Positions 1 to 14,329 are shown, counted from the whole stretch's first letter. The stretch is 63,590 nucleotides of DNA, filler included, from Octopus bimaculoides (GCF_001194135.2; 5 parts of 4 records of this genome joined end to end with filler, not necessarily neighbours in it), one strand, 5' to 3'. A program made the numbers and translations. Notes: a model not told the origin generated them from the letters alone.

Positions 1-34
<34 letters not shown>

Positions 35-1157
35 ATGTTTCATTAAGCATAGGATTATGTTCAACTTTTATCATTTGTAGTTTACATTTTTCGTATTTTC
101 TTATTGGCTTTTGTTTTCACTTGGTTTGGAACAGTGAAGTTCCGTCTCATTTTTAAAAATTAAATATCTGTGCATATATGTTTCGTGTTATAGTATATTA
201 GGCCATTTCCATGAAAACTCTATCGTAATAGTCTTCTTCTACATAGCAACCATGTGTGTGATTTTCATGCACATAAGACCTTTTGTTATATAATTAAAAA
301 AGCTGTTTTTTTAAATAATTATCCGGTTTCTGGCCATCGTGTTTCCCAACAGAACAACTTTCAGTACCTAACATTTATTTCTCACAAACAAACTAAGATG
401 TCTTCTCTTCTTCTCGTTTTTAAGTACCACATCATATGAAGCAATATACCACACCATTAGCTCGGAAATAAATGTTATCGATACTAAATGGACTTTCACT
501 TTTTTTCTAATAGTAAAACAGTAAACAAAGTTTGGTAGTGGAGAAAGAATACCATCAATACTCTCATCATCATCATCTTCATCAACATTACACTTCATAA
601 AATAATGATATTCGTGGCCAGTCTTATCTCCGCCATCACTAACACCGTTTTCTTTTGAACTTTGTTTACAATTTTAACAATTTTAACATATAAACAGAGG
701 AAGTACATCAAATATCAATCTCTGGTGCCCAGTAAGTGTTTTTAAGGAAACAAATTGGAAAATTGCTTTACCTTGTTAGTGCTATTGTTCTTAGTTCAAG
801 GTCAAACCTGAACAAGTTATTTAATATCAAAAGCATTCTAGTCATGAAACTCTCGTCTTTTATGGCTAAGAAAGAATACATTATCAAATGCCTTCTCTCT
901 TTATTTCATTCTGTATTGTTAATATGTATAAATAAGATATATTTTATTCTGTGTAGCTTATTTCATAGTAAGAAGTATGTTTGATGTAAAAAAAAAACAT
1001 AGATTCTCTTACGAATGTATGTTGCGACGGACCGGCGTCCCGTCTAAGTGGGAAACCTATACGCCAATGAAACCAGGAAACCGGCTCTTATGAGCCAGGC
1101 ATGGCTCGAGAAGGAACAAACAACACACTTGTGCGTGTATATATATATGTGTGTGTG

Positions 1158-1217
<60 letters not shown>

Positions 1218-1445
1218 CGTATGCTCTTATTTCTGGCTTAACAACGCAACCAATAGTTTCAAGAGTAGAGATCTTCACAATTGTTCAAACTTATTACATG
1301 GTTAGTACTCATTTCCATTTTGGATGAGAATGCACAGTGTTCGNNNNNNNNNNNNNNNNNNNNNNNNNNNNNNNNNNNNNNNNNNNNNNNNNNNNNNNNN
1401 NNNNNNNNNNNNNNNNNNNNNNNNNNNNNNNNNNNNNNNNNNNNN

Positions 1446-1525
<80 letters not shown>

Positions 1526-1570
1526 ATACATACATACGAATGTATGTGTGCGTTTGTGTGTGTGTGTGCG
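1..1570. repeat. (GT)n microsatellites (1-32, ~1149-1208, ~1446-1522)
   Basis: Directly visible; these produce the VCVC/HTHT ORFs. Confidence 0.98.
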
Positions 1571-1580
1571 TACACAAAAA

Positions 1581-1900
1581 GTGAAGGCGCCTGACTAAAT
1601 GGTTATGGTATTCGGCTCGCGATCGTAAGGCAGTGAGTTTGATTCTCGGCAGCGCCTTGTGTTCTTAAACAAAACATTTTATTTCATGTAGCTCCAGCTC
1701 ACCCTGTTGGTAACAATGAGTAGCACCTGTATTTCAAAGAGACAGCTTTGCCACAATGTGTCAAGTTGAGTTTACCTGATAACTATGTTGATGGTTCGCG
1801 GTCTACGTTGTGCTCAGCCACTCGCACGTTAATTTCACGGGCAGGTTGTTCCGTTGATCGGATCAACTGGAATACTAGTCGTCATGACCGACGGAGAGCC
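1581..1900 (+). mobile_element. tRNA-derived SINE family B (CORE-like middle); related copy at 59745-60108 (-)
   Basis: tRNA-like head GGCGCCTGACTAAATGGTTATGG..GAGTTTGATTC. The 3' tail GTTCCGTTGATCGGATCAACTGGAA is shared in reverse complement with 59772-59800. Confidence 0.75.
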
Positions 1901-1984
1901 AGGCCATATATACACTATACATATACATACACGTAAGCAGACACACACAGACACACACACACAAACTCACACACACACACAGAT

Positions 1985-2031
<47 letters not shown>

Positions 2032-2576
2032 AATCCATATGTCAATAATTTAGCATCAATCATCAGACATTGCTTGCCAACAATAATGTGGTCTGGGGAA
2101 AAAGATATTTCTTGCTTGCCCAAGTTTCCAGCCTTGTCGTTTTCTTTCGATAAGTCCTCAGTGATTGACCCATCACATATATCATATCATTACAAACAGG
2201 CGTTATAGGGTCAACACAGTTAAGTTGTATATCAGAAAGACTCCACTAGTTTTAGCTGATACCGTGAAAGCTTTAGTTGGCTGTACTGTTTTCACAAGGA
2301 TATAAATATCGTGTATATCATGAATTAGGTTGTACGAATCGAAACCTGCTCACAGAATCACCTCGCAAACTCAGCTAACCCAATATATTACACCAGAGTT
2401 TCTCATAGAGTAGATGGAGCTGGCTTACATATGACACTCTTATGAAGGAATGAATAATGGAGCAGACGAATTGATGGTTTTAATTTTTTACAATTTTTCC
2501 ATCACCATGAAGAAAAAAGAAATATATAGATTCAAACCAATTATATGCCAACTCGATTCACTCAGTTATTTATAAT

Positions 2577-3035
2577 AGGTGAGTGCTCCGAGCTAGTAGA
2601 ATTGTTAGCGCGTCTGGAGAAATATTTTGCGGTATTTGCTCTAGTTCTTTACGATCTGATTTCAAATGCTGCCAAAGTCGACTTTATCTTTCATCCTTTC
2701 GGGATCAATAGAATAAGCACTGGGGTCGATGTAATTGGCTTTCCTTCCCTTGTTGGCCTCGCGCTTAAATCTGAAACTATTAATGACGACGAGAACGGTA
2801 AAAATATTAGATGGAGGCAAGGCAAAGAGCTGGCAGAATCATTTGCACTCCAGGCAAAATGCTCAGCAGTATTTCGTCCTAATTTACGTTCTGAGTTCAA
2901 ATGCCGCCGGAGTAGACTTTGCTTTTCATCTTTTCGTGGTCGATAAAATCGTACTAGTTGAACGCTCTGGTCGATGTAATCGACTTATTCCTCCCCTGAA
3001 AATGCTGGCCTTGTGCCAGAATTTGAAATCAATAT
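2577..3035 (+). mobile_element. Two tandem copies of tRNA-derived SINE family A (2577-2785, 2816-3035)
   Basis: Shared GAGCTGGCAGAA head, GTTCAAAT B-box and GTCGACTTTGCCTTTCATCCTTTCGGGGTCGAT core with other copies in the window. Confidence 0.85.
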
Positions 3036-6000
3036 TCGGTGGAGAAACGATGATAAAGAATGTTTTTGTCAGTATGAGAACCACTGCATTAAACCATTCC
3101 ACACAATATGAAAATCTTGATATTTTAATTTTGAGTAAACAATATAGTGGAGAAAATAATATAATGTAATTTTTGTTTTTATATCTCAGAATAAGTATTT
3201 CCCTATACCAGGAGAGCCTATAAAAGTTGTAAAAAACAAAAACACTATAAATGGGCATATATTGTTTGCTGAAGATTTAAAAAAGTATATGTATATAAGA
3301 GAATGATCGTGTAAAATGTGTATAACAAATCTTCTCCACCTTGAGACGTGCCCATATAATGAGATAGAAGTAAATAGTATTTGGTGAAGACATAGATATA
3401 TTTCTATGATAAATAAATATATGGGAAAGAGAAAAAATATAAAGGAAGATAATCCATTATAAATGTCACTAAATAAGAATTATCACACGAAAAGGCTTCC
3501 ATTATTGTTATCAAAAAAATATTCTTTTATCGTATATTTAGAATTGAAGATGTAGAAATACATCTTGTTATTCTCTTACAGAAAAATATTCAGTCATTCT
3601 GTTTATTTCTTCTTAATGTAATGTGAATATTTGCTATTTGCTTAGTAAATATTTCTTTCTAAAATAAATACTACTATGTCTCAAATGTATGACGTACATG
3701 GAGACAGTTTCCAGGTAAAAGAGTTTGTTACAACGGAGCTGATTCTTTTTTTAATAGACTCTTCTGAGAAATTTTGAAACCAAACCTACAATCTAATGAT
3801 ACCTTGTTCAATAACACAGTGCATACGTTGAATGCTGGGGCGATATGTACCAAGCACAGGCGCCTGTTGAACGCCAGGTGTACTGAGTTATTTGAGAATC
3901 ATGTATTTTGAAAGGTAAGAACCATGCCATTGATAGGTTATGAAATGTAGATCTTTCGATGAATTGGCTATTGACTGTGTCAGTTGTGGCCCGCAGCTCA
4001 GAAAACAGTTTTGTTGAGATACCTTCAGCAGCATGTCTTCCGACTGCAAAGCAGAATATTGAGAGTTGCTACTTTTACTATCCAGGCATGAGCAACCTTT
4101 ATCGGGAAGTGAGCCATATGAGACATGATTCATCATCAGGTGGATCACACTACTAAAGTATTTCAAGGTAAGTTTTCGTTAGGCGTGCGATTCAGAAAGT
4201 CTCACAGGTCGCAGGTTGTCCATGACTAAACAATAACCAAATCTGGCAATGCAATTTCTTGTAAAAAAAAAACAAAAAAAAAGGATAGCAAATGATGAGA
4301 TTATTTTGCGTATTTCGTTTGTGACTGTTGTTTCTGTTGTTGTTGTTGCTGTTTTTGTTGCTACTGTTATTTTGCTCGTACAGAGCAATATTCAAACGTA
4401 CGGAGCTATATTCAAAGGCTTTTCAAGCGAAGAGCATCAGGTCTTTTTAGTATTTAGGACTGCGTGATTTAGAGTATCATTTCCTTATATCAGATGTCAG
4501 GGTGTGATCTGAAGGAGATTTGTTTGAAATTTTGGGCAGAGTGAGTAACCCACACAACGGTTTTAGTTTTTCTCGTTGGCTTCTCTGTTGATGTTACTCT
4601 TATGATTGCAAAGTGAGGAAACTTCATATGTTGTGCGTTTTAACTAATACGATTTAGTAGAGAAGTGTTATACTGTGTGGTAAAAAAAATAGCTGGTAGT
4701 TGACTAAACATGTAGTCTGTTTCATTGCATTCTGAAAGCAACGGAAAGGTAAAGCAGTAGAGTGGAAAACAAATTCCTTACAGCGCTTTATCAAGTTTGT
4801 TTACTTTCAAATTTCAAATCCCACTGGTTAATCTTGTGTTTTATTCTTCTCAGGTCGAGAAGATAAGTGCTTATTCTACATTGAGTTGATTAAGTTGCTC
4901 AGTCCCCTTCCCAATAAATTTTCAGCTTCCTTACGCCACTGGGAGAAATCAATATTGATACGCCTCAAGTAAATATCACTCGATATCTGAAGGCAAGAAC
5001 TGAACGTAGTTCAATGGTTCACTAAATCTATATTAAATATTTGTTTTTTTTTTCTTTCGTGTGAGTTTATTTATTTTTGTTCTTTCCACGGGAATGCTGA
5101 AACATTCTCGTACTATTGCGGTTGTACATAAGCGTATGAACAGTATGACTATACTAGTTATAAATCTAAACGTACGTAGGGGAGTATACACACTGCGAAA
5201 TTGCTTCTGCAGCTGTTTGAGTAACAGATTATTTGTTTTATAATAATTACCAGTTGAAATTACTGAATAAAACACTTGTTCTTGTGACGTTTGTTAAAAT
5301 TACTGTCAAAACCATAACATCGATAGGAAGAAAGTTGTACATACATTTCTACTGAATCTTATAGTCTTTTTTATTGATTTGAATATTTTTATATCTATAT
5401 TACACATATCTCATTTCAGAAGGTCCTGCATTATTAAATAACCAAATATTACTTTAGTTTATTGTAATGGTAGAAATCTGGAAATATTCATAGCTTCATC
5501 TCATAATTTGATATGTCGAAAAGTATGTATAAAAACTTAGCAATGGAAAGCAGCATTTTGGTCTGACATATTAGTACTTAAACATGTGGAACCTAGCATC
5601 TGACATGCCATTCAAGAAGCATGCGCTATTATAAATGTTTCATAGTAACAGAACTAATCTTACATATGTCATCTAGTTAACTAAATGGGATTAGTAACTA
5701 ATTTTAAGTTTTGTTAACTTTCTGCCTTCTTTTGCAATATTTCAATATTTTAAATACTTCTCAAGCGATTTCTTTACCTTGATTTCTTCGTAAATTAGGA
5801 ATCATTAACCTTTTGCCTGTCCAAAACATTTTCGTTAGTTTGGCCTAAACGTCCACGCTCATTTTCAGACTTTTAATCAGTCATTGTTTCATACGATCTG
5901 AATAATATAAAGTTTTCCTTTCGTAAGTCTTAAACTATTCTACTGGTTGAAAAGAATTGGAAATGTGTCTCATATATGGTACACGAATACCGTGGAAATA

Positions 6001-6533
6001 TGCCTTCGGTATCACAGGACAGGTAATGAGTTACATTTCTCTATCATTGCTAGTTCATAGAAACATGACAAAATAAGCAGCGAAACCTAGCAAGAGAATA
6101 TTAGTTATTGTTCTTATATATTATCAGCATCGAAATTCACTTTAAATAGATACTGAACTTTGTTCTTTCCTTTTAAAGTTAAGATACCCACAACTCAACT
6201 GGCAAACATTATGAGTATCCTTTGCTTTGTATACTAGAGAAACAATGGCAGATAAATTTTCAGAAGTGTGAGAAAATATGAGAGAAAATTATATTATTGA
6301 TTTCATTAAAATAGACAGTAAGTGTATCAGTTGATAAACTTGTGCTACTTGACAAACTACTTTACCAGTAGAATGTCTATATTTGAAATAGGTAGGGTGC
6401 TTCACAATCAATCACAGAGTAGACATAAAGACGAGAATGGTTTCTGTTTTAATTTTTATATAGTAGATATATGAAATCTTACAATTTTCCGATAATACAA
6501 ACAATTAATTTTCCTATTTTAAATATAGATATC

Positions 6534-6534
<1 letters not shown>

Positions 6535-6612
<78 letters not shown>
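6535..6612. repeat. (TAG)n microsatellite
   Basis: Directly visible perfect tract. Confidence 0.98.
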
Positions 6613-6613
<1 letters not shown>

Positions 6614-7053
6614 AATTTTATGAAGAACACTGCGTAGTGCAGATCTAACAGAGCTTGGATATAATATTTAGAATAACAATAAGTGAAAAGAAGGCATGCA
6701 GGAATAGCATGGTATAACATCTTCGGATGTAGTACAGAGAAATATTTACATGCAATTCAATCTCACGTAACACAAACGCTGTTTGTATCTCGACTAGCTT
6801 TGTGTATTATGCAATCTATATAATGCTGTTATATCTGTTCTTTTTCTACAAAAAATTTCTTCAAATGAGCATAGGTGCATGTATCATCTGAATGAGAGTT
6901 GATACATAAAAATTACCAAACGAAGCTGCAGACACCATGATACTTAGAACTTTAACGATGTTTTGATAATTTAAAATCCAGTTATTTCAACTCCTGGAAT
7001 CTAATGTTTCTATATATATCTATCTAGATTGCATACTATAAGAACAGGATTTT

Positions 7054-8990
7054 AGGCGGCGAGCTGGTCGAAACGTTAGCACGCCGGGTAAGATGCTCCG
7101 CGGCATTTCGTCTCTACGTTCTGAGTTCGAATTCCGCGATGGTTAACTTTGTCTTTCATCCTTTTGGGGGCGATTAAATAAGTACTAGTTATCTTCAAAG
7201 AGACTGAGTGTGAGTTAGCATATAACAAGAAGGGACATATCAATTTTAGATACAATTCAGCTGCTGGACTTCGACATACTTTTCAACGCAGTTTCTCTCA
7301 CAAAATACAAGTAGACTTGAGGATAAAAGAAAAAAATCTGGATCATGATACCACACAGGGTCATTGAACGCAAGACCTTGTTATGAAACGAAGTTCTTAA
7401 CTAATCACTTATACTGCTTCTATGTGGTCATCTCATGATATGATTTATTAGTGATTCAGATAAAATGTTTAGTCTTGACATCTGTTTGAACTCACTAATA
7501 ACGGTTTCAAATTTTGGCACAGAGCCAGCAATTTTGGGGAGGGGCTAAGTCGATTACATCGACCCCAGTGCTTAACTGGTACTTATTTTATCGACCCCGT
7601 AAGGATAAAATGCAAAAATCGATCTCGGTAGAATTTGAACTCAGAATGTAAAGACAGATGAAACGCTGCTAAGCATTTTGTCCGGCGTGCTAACGATTCT
7701 GTCAATTCGCTGCCTTGAACCCACTAAAACCGGTTTCAAATTTTTGCACAAGGCCAGCAATTTCATGGTACGGGATAAGTTGATTACATCGACCCTAGTA
7801 TTCAGCCGGTACTTTTTTTTATCGACCCCAGAAGGATAAGAGGCAAAGTCGACCTTGGTGGAATTTTGAACCCACCATTACCAAATCATGTTACATAGAA
7901 CGGTGGATTAGCAAAATCGTTACAACATCGGGGAAAATACCTGGTAGCATTTTGTTTCAGTTCTTTATTTCTGAGTTCAATGGCAACTTTGCCTTTCATC
8001 CCTCTTTGGTCGTTGAATTAAAATGACAGTCAGCTACTGAATTCGACGTAACCGATTTACACATTTCCTTCAAAACTGTTTGTCGTATGCCTAATCACGA
8101 AATCATTATATGATTGATTATGTTCATAAACCCGCAAGAAGTTTAAAATAATGACTACATTTGACGTTTTTCTGACATTCTCAAAATAACGAAACTGCAG
8201 TACATAATACTTTCTTTAATTAACGCCTTAAAATAGTCATGGTATTTAAACGTAAATGTAACCAATTCGTAGATCTGTTACTGTGTAGGAATTCAAAAGA
8301 TGACTTTCTATCTCATGAGAGATTGATCTTCTTGGGACCAAACATTTCAACTTGGATTTGCCGCAAAGGAGACTAGTTTTGATCGCCAATAATATGGTCA
8401 GGCAAAAATGAATTCTACCAATTCTTCATGTTGAGACAAATATATGCATCGTTGGGGATCACTTCAGGAGAAAAAAATTCCCTCTCCTACAGTTATTGAT
8501 ACCTTAAATTGAATTGAACACTACTACAGAATAGACATAGCTAAAAGTATACAAGGGTCAAGTAGTGGTATAATCCCGGGAGATGTATTAAGTCTAACAC
8601 TTTATACAAGGCTCATGCTGTTTATAGGTAAAAATCATGTGTTTATTAACTAGTTTAGATTATTCGAAAGTCAAGAATCTTGACCGTTTACCCTACGTTG
8701 CGACGGAAAAGGAACTGCTACTCTTCATCTATGAATCCCACGACTTATCGATAGTACCTACTGAGCTGCGACTTATTTTATTCAAAGACACGGTATGAAT
8801 ATTCGTAGATGTCCTTTCTTCTATGGGCACAAGGCATAAAATTTTGGGGAAGGGGGCTGGTCGATTACATCGTCCACAGTGTTCGACCCTGAAACGATGA
8901 AAGGCAAAGTCGACTTGGTGGAATTTGAACTCAGGACATAAAGACGGACAAAATGCTGCTAAAGATTCTCGCAGCTTGCCGTCTTAATAT
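7054..8990. mobile_element. Cluster of five SINE family A copies (7054-7192 +, 7500-7730 -, 7731-7868 -, 7900-8110 +, 8817-8990 -)
   Basis: Same diagnostic core in both orientations. Coordinates are approximate. Confidence 0.85.
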
Positions 8991-9828
8991 TCGTAGATAG
9001 AATACTAATATTGGTTTCTTACACTTATGAAATAGGAATAGGGAAGCATTGTAGCCAATTAAGTCAGCCTCAGTTAATAAGAATAAAAGGTATGTAGACT
9101 CTAGCATTGTCAGAACACACAATGTAAAAAAATGGGCGTAATTGAATACAAGGCATTTTATCCATCGTTCGACAGAAGCATGCTAATAAACAACATTGAC
9201 CTCATTTTTTTTCACTTTCTCGCCGATAGTGTATTCGAGTCAGCTGATGAATTTTATAATTAGCAACGACACTTCGTGAAGTTATTATTAGGGAAATAAT
9301 GAAACACAAAGCACCAATTAGACGATTATGACCACCTAGCTCTCTAACAAGTAAACAAAAATTATTTCCAATAACAAAATAACAGCTATGTTTATATATA
9401 AATAAAATAATAAAGTGTTGTTTACTTTGTTTCGTTTTCTTGCGTGTCTGCATGCGTGTATTAGTGTTTTTACGTGTGTATAAGTGTGCGAGATTGTGAA
9501 GTGGAGTGAACAGTAGATTGCATTGCGCTGTAACAGTTGTCCATCGTCCCAGTGTGACATAGCTTAATTTAATTAGATTTTTTAATTTTTAATGATGCAG
9601 TTCCTGTAATATATCCTCTTCAAAAATTTATAACGGAAAGTTCCAGTGAGAGGAGAAATATGTCGATATTTACAGATCTATGTATATGTTCATATGTTTG
9701 CATGTACGCGTATGTGCTTAAAAGCGAGTTTCTTTCGGTTTTCGTTTTATAAAAACATACACATATGGTGCATAGATTTTCGTACTACATTGGTACAAAC
9801 ATTCACATACAGCCATGACAGCAACTGA

Positions 9829-9829
9829 T

Positions 9830-9879
<50 letters not shown>

Positions 9880-10042
9880 CATACATACATACATACATAC
9901 AGACAGACATATATGCATACATACATACATGCATACACACGCATGCACACACACACACACACACAAACATACATACATACACACATTCATACATACATAC
10001 ATACATACATACATACATACATACATACATACATACATACAT
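9829..10042. repeat. Compound (GATA)n(CATA)n(CA)n microsatellite
   Basis: Directly visible. Confidence 0.97.
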
Positions 10043-10402
10043 AATTAATTAAGCAGATAGAGTGAATCTAAGCAGATGGATGAATAAATGAAAATGCTTG
10101 TTTTTAAAATCCTTTTAGAACCATTGCGAAATTAATTTTATCATCAACTTCAACGCTTTTTTCCCAATGAATTTAAAGCAATTATACAGCTTTAGCGCAT
10201 CTACATATACATTCTCGAGTTATTTTCCTCTATGAAGTTTTTTTACAAAATCAATTATTCCTGGAATTCGTTTCCAATTCCATTGTAAACTCAACTCACA
10301 TTTTCATATCATATACATACACACACACATACATGCGTGGCAACCTGGGCAAGTATAATAGAGAGGATTTGGTAGACGACAACTGAAAGAAGCTTGTATA
10401 TA

Positions 10403-11677
10403 TCAAGTGATTCCATAAATAACGTCCGAAGTATCAAATATATAATTTCTATCAAATTTTTACAGTATTCTAAAATGTCGAATGCATTGATTGATACGCA
10501 TATGAATTTGGAAACCTTTAACGTGATATAATTTCTTTTTACAGAATAATCTAACTGAATTAATTACTAATTTTAACCCCTCAAAGATGGATGTATCCAA
10601 GGAACATTTAAAGCACATAATGCTTTATGAGATCAAAAAGAGAAACAGTGGATCAAAAGTAACCCGAAATATCCATTCTGTATGCAAGGAAGAGTGCTTG
10701 AACGAAAGAAGTTGCAGAAGATGGTTTGCAAAGTTCAGAAATGGTGATTTCAGCCTAAGTGTGGAGCCATGAAAAAGACACCCTGTTGAATTTGATGATG
10801 AACTTCTTTTGTCAGAGCCTGACAAGGATAATGTTCTATCAGTTAAAGAATTGGAAAGCAAGCTCAATTCAAGCCATTCAGCAGTTCACCACCATCTTCA
10901 ACAGCTTGGAAAGGTGCCCATTATCGGAAAATGAGTTCCCCGTGATTTGACATAAGCAAACCGAAAATCACAAGTGGACATCTGTTCATTTTTTCACTCT
11001 CGTGAACATATCTCACCATTTTGAACAGATTAGTTACTGGTGATGAAAAATGGATTTTTAATGAAAATATTATAAAGCGATGCAGGCAACGGCTTAGCTG
11101 TGGAGAGCAGGCTAAACCACAACAGACAAGACATCCATGTAAAAAAGGTTCTTTCTGTTTTGTGGGATCGCACTGGAGTCATCCACTTTGAGCTGCTATT
11201 AACTAATGTAACAATTACTGGTCACACCATAAAGCGTTTGGATACCACTTTGAGGAAGAAAAGGCGTGCTTTTTGGCGAATCGTAAGGGAATGGTGTTTC
11301 ATCTTGATAATGCAAGGCTCCACAACGCAATAATGACGTTAGAAAAAAATCGAAGAACTTGGCTGGGAAAAATCCCTCCCCCGCCTAATTCCCTGGCTTT
11401 TGCTCCTTCCTATTACCATTTGTTTCGAATCTTACTGAATCATTTAGATGGATTAGTACTCACAATCCCCAAAGAAGTCGAAACTGACCTCTCTTCCTTC
11501 TTCTCATCAGGACCAAAACAATTTTTCATCAATCGAATTTAAAAACCTGATGAGAAAATGAATGGAAGTCATTGATAATGATAGGAATTATACACAGGAA
11601 TAAATTGTTATAAAATGTAAAATCAGACCACTTTTTGCTTTACCTAAAATTCGGACATTACTTGTGGGATGACCTGA
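10403..11677 (+). mobile_element. Full-length but decayed mariner (Tc1/mariner superfamily) transposon
   Basis: Imperfect ~27-bp TIRs: TCAAGTGATTCCATAAATAACGTCCGA versus the right-end reverse complement TCAGGTCATCCCACAAGTAATGTCCGA. TA on the left flank, length 1275 bp. Frameshifted transposase remnants include MDVSKEHLKHIMLYE..CRRWFAKFRNGDFSL, VPRDLT, LVTGDEKWI, FHLDNAR and APSYYHLFR. Confidence 0.93.
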
Positions 11678-11688
11678 TGTGTGTGTGT

Positions 11689-11788
11689 NNNNNNNNNNNN
11701 NNNNNNNNNNNNNNNNNNNNNNNNNNNNNNNNTTAATTAATTAANNNNNNNNNNNNNNNNNNNNNNNNNNNNNNNNNNNNNNNNNNNN
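11689..11788. other. Artificial join spacer (44 N + TTAATTAATTAA + 44 N)
   Basis: Exactly 100 bp; the 12-mer has stop codons in all six frames. Identical at four sites. Confidence 0.95.
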
Positions 11789-11950
11789 GATGATAGTTGA
11801 GGTGGTGGTGGTGGTGGTGTTGGTGTTGGTGGTGGTGGTGGTGATGTTGCTGGTGGTGGTAGTGGCGGCGGTGGTGTTGATGGTGTTGATGGTAGTAGTG
11901 ATGTTGATGGTGGTGGTGGTGGTGAAAGCGATGGTGGGGACAGTGATGGC
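11789..11950. repeat. Degenerate (GGT/GAT)n tract
   Basis: Directly visible; source of the poly-P and poly-V ORFs. Confidence 0.95.
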
Positions 11951-13254
11951 ATGGAACGAGAACTGTTATGTAAGGTTATTTTTGTTAAGAATGGCTTTCT
12001 GCTACTAAAATATTCTATTTTCGTTTTTGAATTAGGTCATTTATGGTGAACTTACTGCTCACCAAAATGAATAACACAAGAAAACATAATTATATAATTT
12101 AAAACAATATATAGATTTATATAATTAAAATTTTATATATATTCATGCATGTATATGCACATGTATGTATGCATGTGTATTATAAATTATATACTAACAT
12201 ATGTTTTAAAAATATGATTTATATAAAGATGAGATAGGTGATCATAGTGTTATTATATGTACATACATCAGCATGTGCGTGTGTAAGCAGATGCATATGG
12301 TGCATGTATATGTATGTATATATGTATGCATGTATAACAATGTTATGTAATATACATGCACATAAATACACACGCACATCCATCCATCCATCCATCCATC
12401 CATCCATCCATACATGCATATGCACAGACACACAGACATACAGACACATGCACATACACACACATATGCATGCATGTATGCACATTATACAAATACGCAC
12501 ATATGAAGACCCACGTAAATTAACCAGCGAAAGTATACAAAACAAAACAAAACAAAAGAATAACCAAACAAACAAAATAAAAACAAAACAGAAAACTAAA
12601 ACAAAACCATAAAAACTAGCAAAAAACGACAAAACAATGATGGGGAATATAGAGCTAATATGCTACACACAGTGAAGGAATTATTATTACATGTGTACTG
12701 AATTTCTTCTAACACATACATACATACATGCACACACACACACACACGCACACATATATATATAGATGCACACACACACACACACACACACAAAGACTCT
12801 TGAGTGCTGTCATCAACAGCCCCACCCATTCTATCAAACAGCCTCACAACGCACATTCGCATGTACTCTATCTCCCACTCAGACTTTACTCGTAACTTAC
12901 ATCACACCCTGTGTTGAGTTTTACCGCCCCTGCTCTCCTTCCTACTCCCTCTCTATCTCTTTCACTCTCACTACCTTACTCCTTTCTTTTTTTTACCTTC
13001 TCACTATCTCCTCTTTCTCTTTTTCTCTCCCCTCCTCCCCCACCTCATCTTGTTCTCGTTTTTCTTTATCTTCTTTCTTTTTTGTTTTCTCTCTCTCTCT
13101 CTGTGCCTTTCTCTCTGTCTTTCTTTTCAGAAAAGAAAAGTGGCTTACCTCCTCCAGCTGCAAGCTCTTTGATTCATTTAGTCGAGCAATCTACCTCGAC
13201 CGGCTTCCCAACTTTAAATTGTCCTTGTTAGAGACAAAAAATAAGGGCAATAAA

Positions 13255-13629
13255 ATGGAAGACAACGTCAAAAACTACAGTTTTAACACCGGCAAAGTTT
13301 CAACTTTTGGAGTACTTGACTATGTAATATTCTCTTTCACTCTGTTGGTATCTGTAGCCATTGGGATATTTTATGCCATCAAAGACCGACATCAAACAAG
13401 TACGAAAGCGTATCTTCTTGCTGGGGGTAATATGTCTGTATTGCCGGTTGCTCTTTCGTTGGTGGCCAGTTTTATGTCAGCTATAACACTTCTAGGGACA
13501 CCTGCCGAGATATATAACTTCAACACCATGTTCATGGACATGACTCTAGCTTATATCATCGCTATGTTCCTGGCTGCTTACGTCTATATACCTATATTTT
13601 ATCGGTTGCATATCACCAGCGTTTACGAA
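13255..13629 (+). CDS. SLC5A8-like: First coding exon of an SLC5 sodium:solute symporter, SLC5A5/6/8/12 (SMCT/SMVT/NIS) subfamily
   Basis: Translates MEDNVKNYSF...FGVLDYVIFSFTLLVSVAIGIFYA...YLLAGGNMSVLPVALSLVASFMSAITLLGTPAEIY...YIPIFYRLHITSVYE, the hallmark N-terminus of this subfamily. ATG at 13255 is in an AAAATGG context. A phase-0 donor GAA|GTGAGT follows at 13630. A long polypyrimidine tract with CAG acceptor at 13128-13130 suggests the exon starts at 13131 with 5'UTR. Exact paralog assignment is uncertain and later exons were not found. Confidence 0.95.
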
Positions 13630-14329
13630 GTGAGTCCTTTTTGATTTTGTTTTATTTTCTAATTTTAATTTTCTTTTCTTTTTGTGGGGAAGATTTCAGT
13701 TTTTACTTATTCTAACATGCCCTTATCTTTCTAAATGTATGTATACACGTGTGTGTGTGTGCGCGCGCGTGTGTTTATATGTGTGCATGTTTGTATATAT
13801 GCATGCATGCATGTATATATGAATGTACGTATATTTATGGATACACACACACACTCACATTTACACGCACACATAATAGTAATTAGACTGTTCTATGTTT
13901 ACTTGCCTTTAATACTATCGTCCCTAGAGTGTGGGTTTCCCCTCCCCATTCAGGTCTTTAAGCTCATACAAGGTTATACAGCAAACCCAAATGTGCCGTC
14001 CCCTTAAAAGTGTCACCCGGGGCGGACCGCCCCCTCGACTCCACCTTATCTCGGCTACTGACCTTTAAGATACATCTCAGTACGTTTCATATAGTAAACA
14101 TCTGTTACGGGAACTGGAAGTTTTCAGTACCTCTCAGTGACTTGTGGTTTTATATATGATTGAGATCTTCAGATGAGGATTTCCTGCTTAGAATATTTAT
14201 TTTAGTTGATTATCTGCAATGTTTCTTCAATACAGAGATTGCATAAAATTCTGTTAATGTATTTGATGTGTGTGTTTCTCTTTCAGTCGTCAACCATAGG
14301 TTTTTTTTTTAAGAAGCGTATCAACACAT

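Noticed and set aside
1048-1598. Numerous VCVC/HTHT/YIYI/poly-X ORFs here and throughout the window
   Set aside because: They are microsatellite and N-gap read-through with no coding signal.
3915-4175. Consensus donor sites (AAG|GTAAGA at 3915, AAG|GTAAGT at 4168) around a 65-aa ORF
   Set aside because: The acceptor is weak, all three frames contain stops before the donor, and there is no recognisable protein. A non-coding exon cannot be excluded without RNA data.
8560-8620. GIIPGDVLSLTLY resembles an RT motif (G..QGD.LSP.LF)
   Set aside because: It is an isolated, degenerate match with no neighbouring RT motifs.
12766-13254. N-terminal 163 aa of the 292-aa ORF
   Set aside because: It is translated (CA)n and polypyrimidine tract upstream of a strong acceptor at 13130. 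SLC5 similarity begins at the ATG at 13255.
13990-14060. GC-rich CCCGGGGCGGACCGCCCC patch after the SLC5 exon
   Set aside because: It resembles the subterminal end of a hAT-type MITE, but no partner end or TSD was found.
14128-14178. Minus-strand CTGAAGA..AAAAC-CACAA-GTC-ACTGAG hammerhead-like string
   Set aside because: G12 is missing, helix II does not pair and helix I needs a bulge. At most a very old relic.
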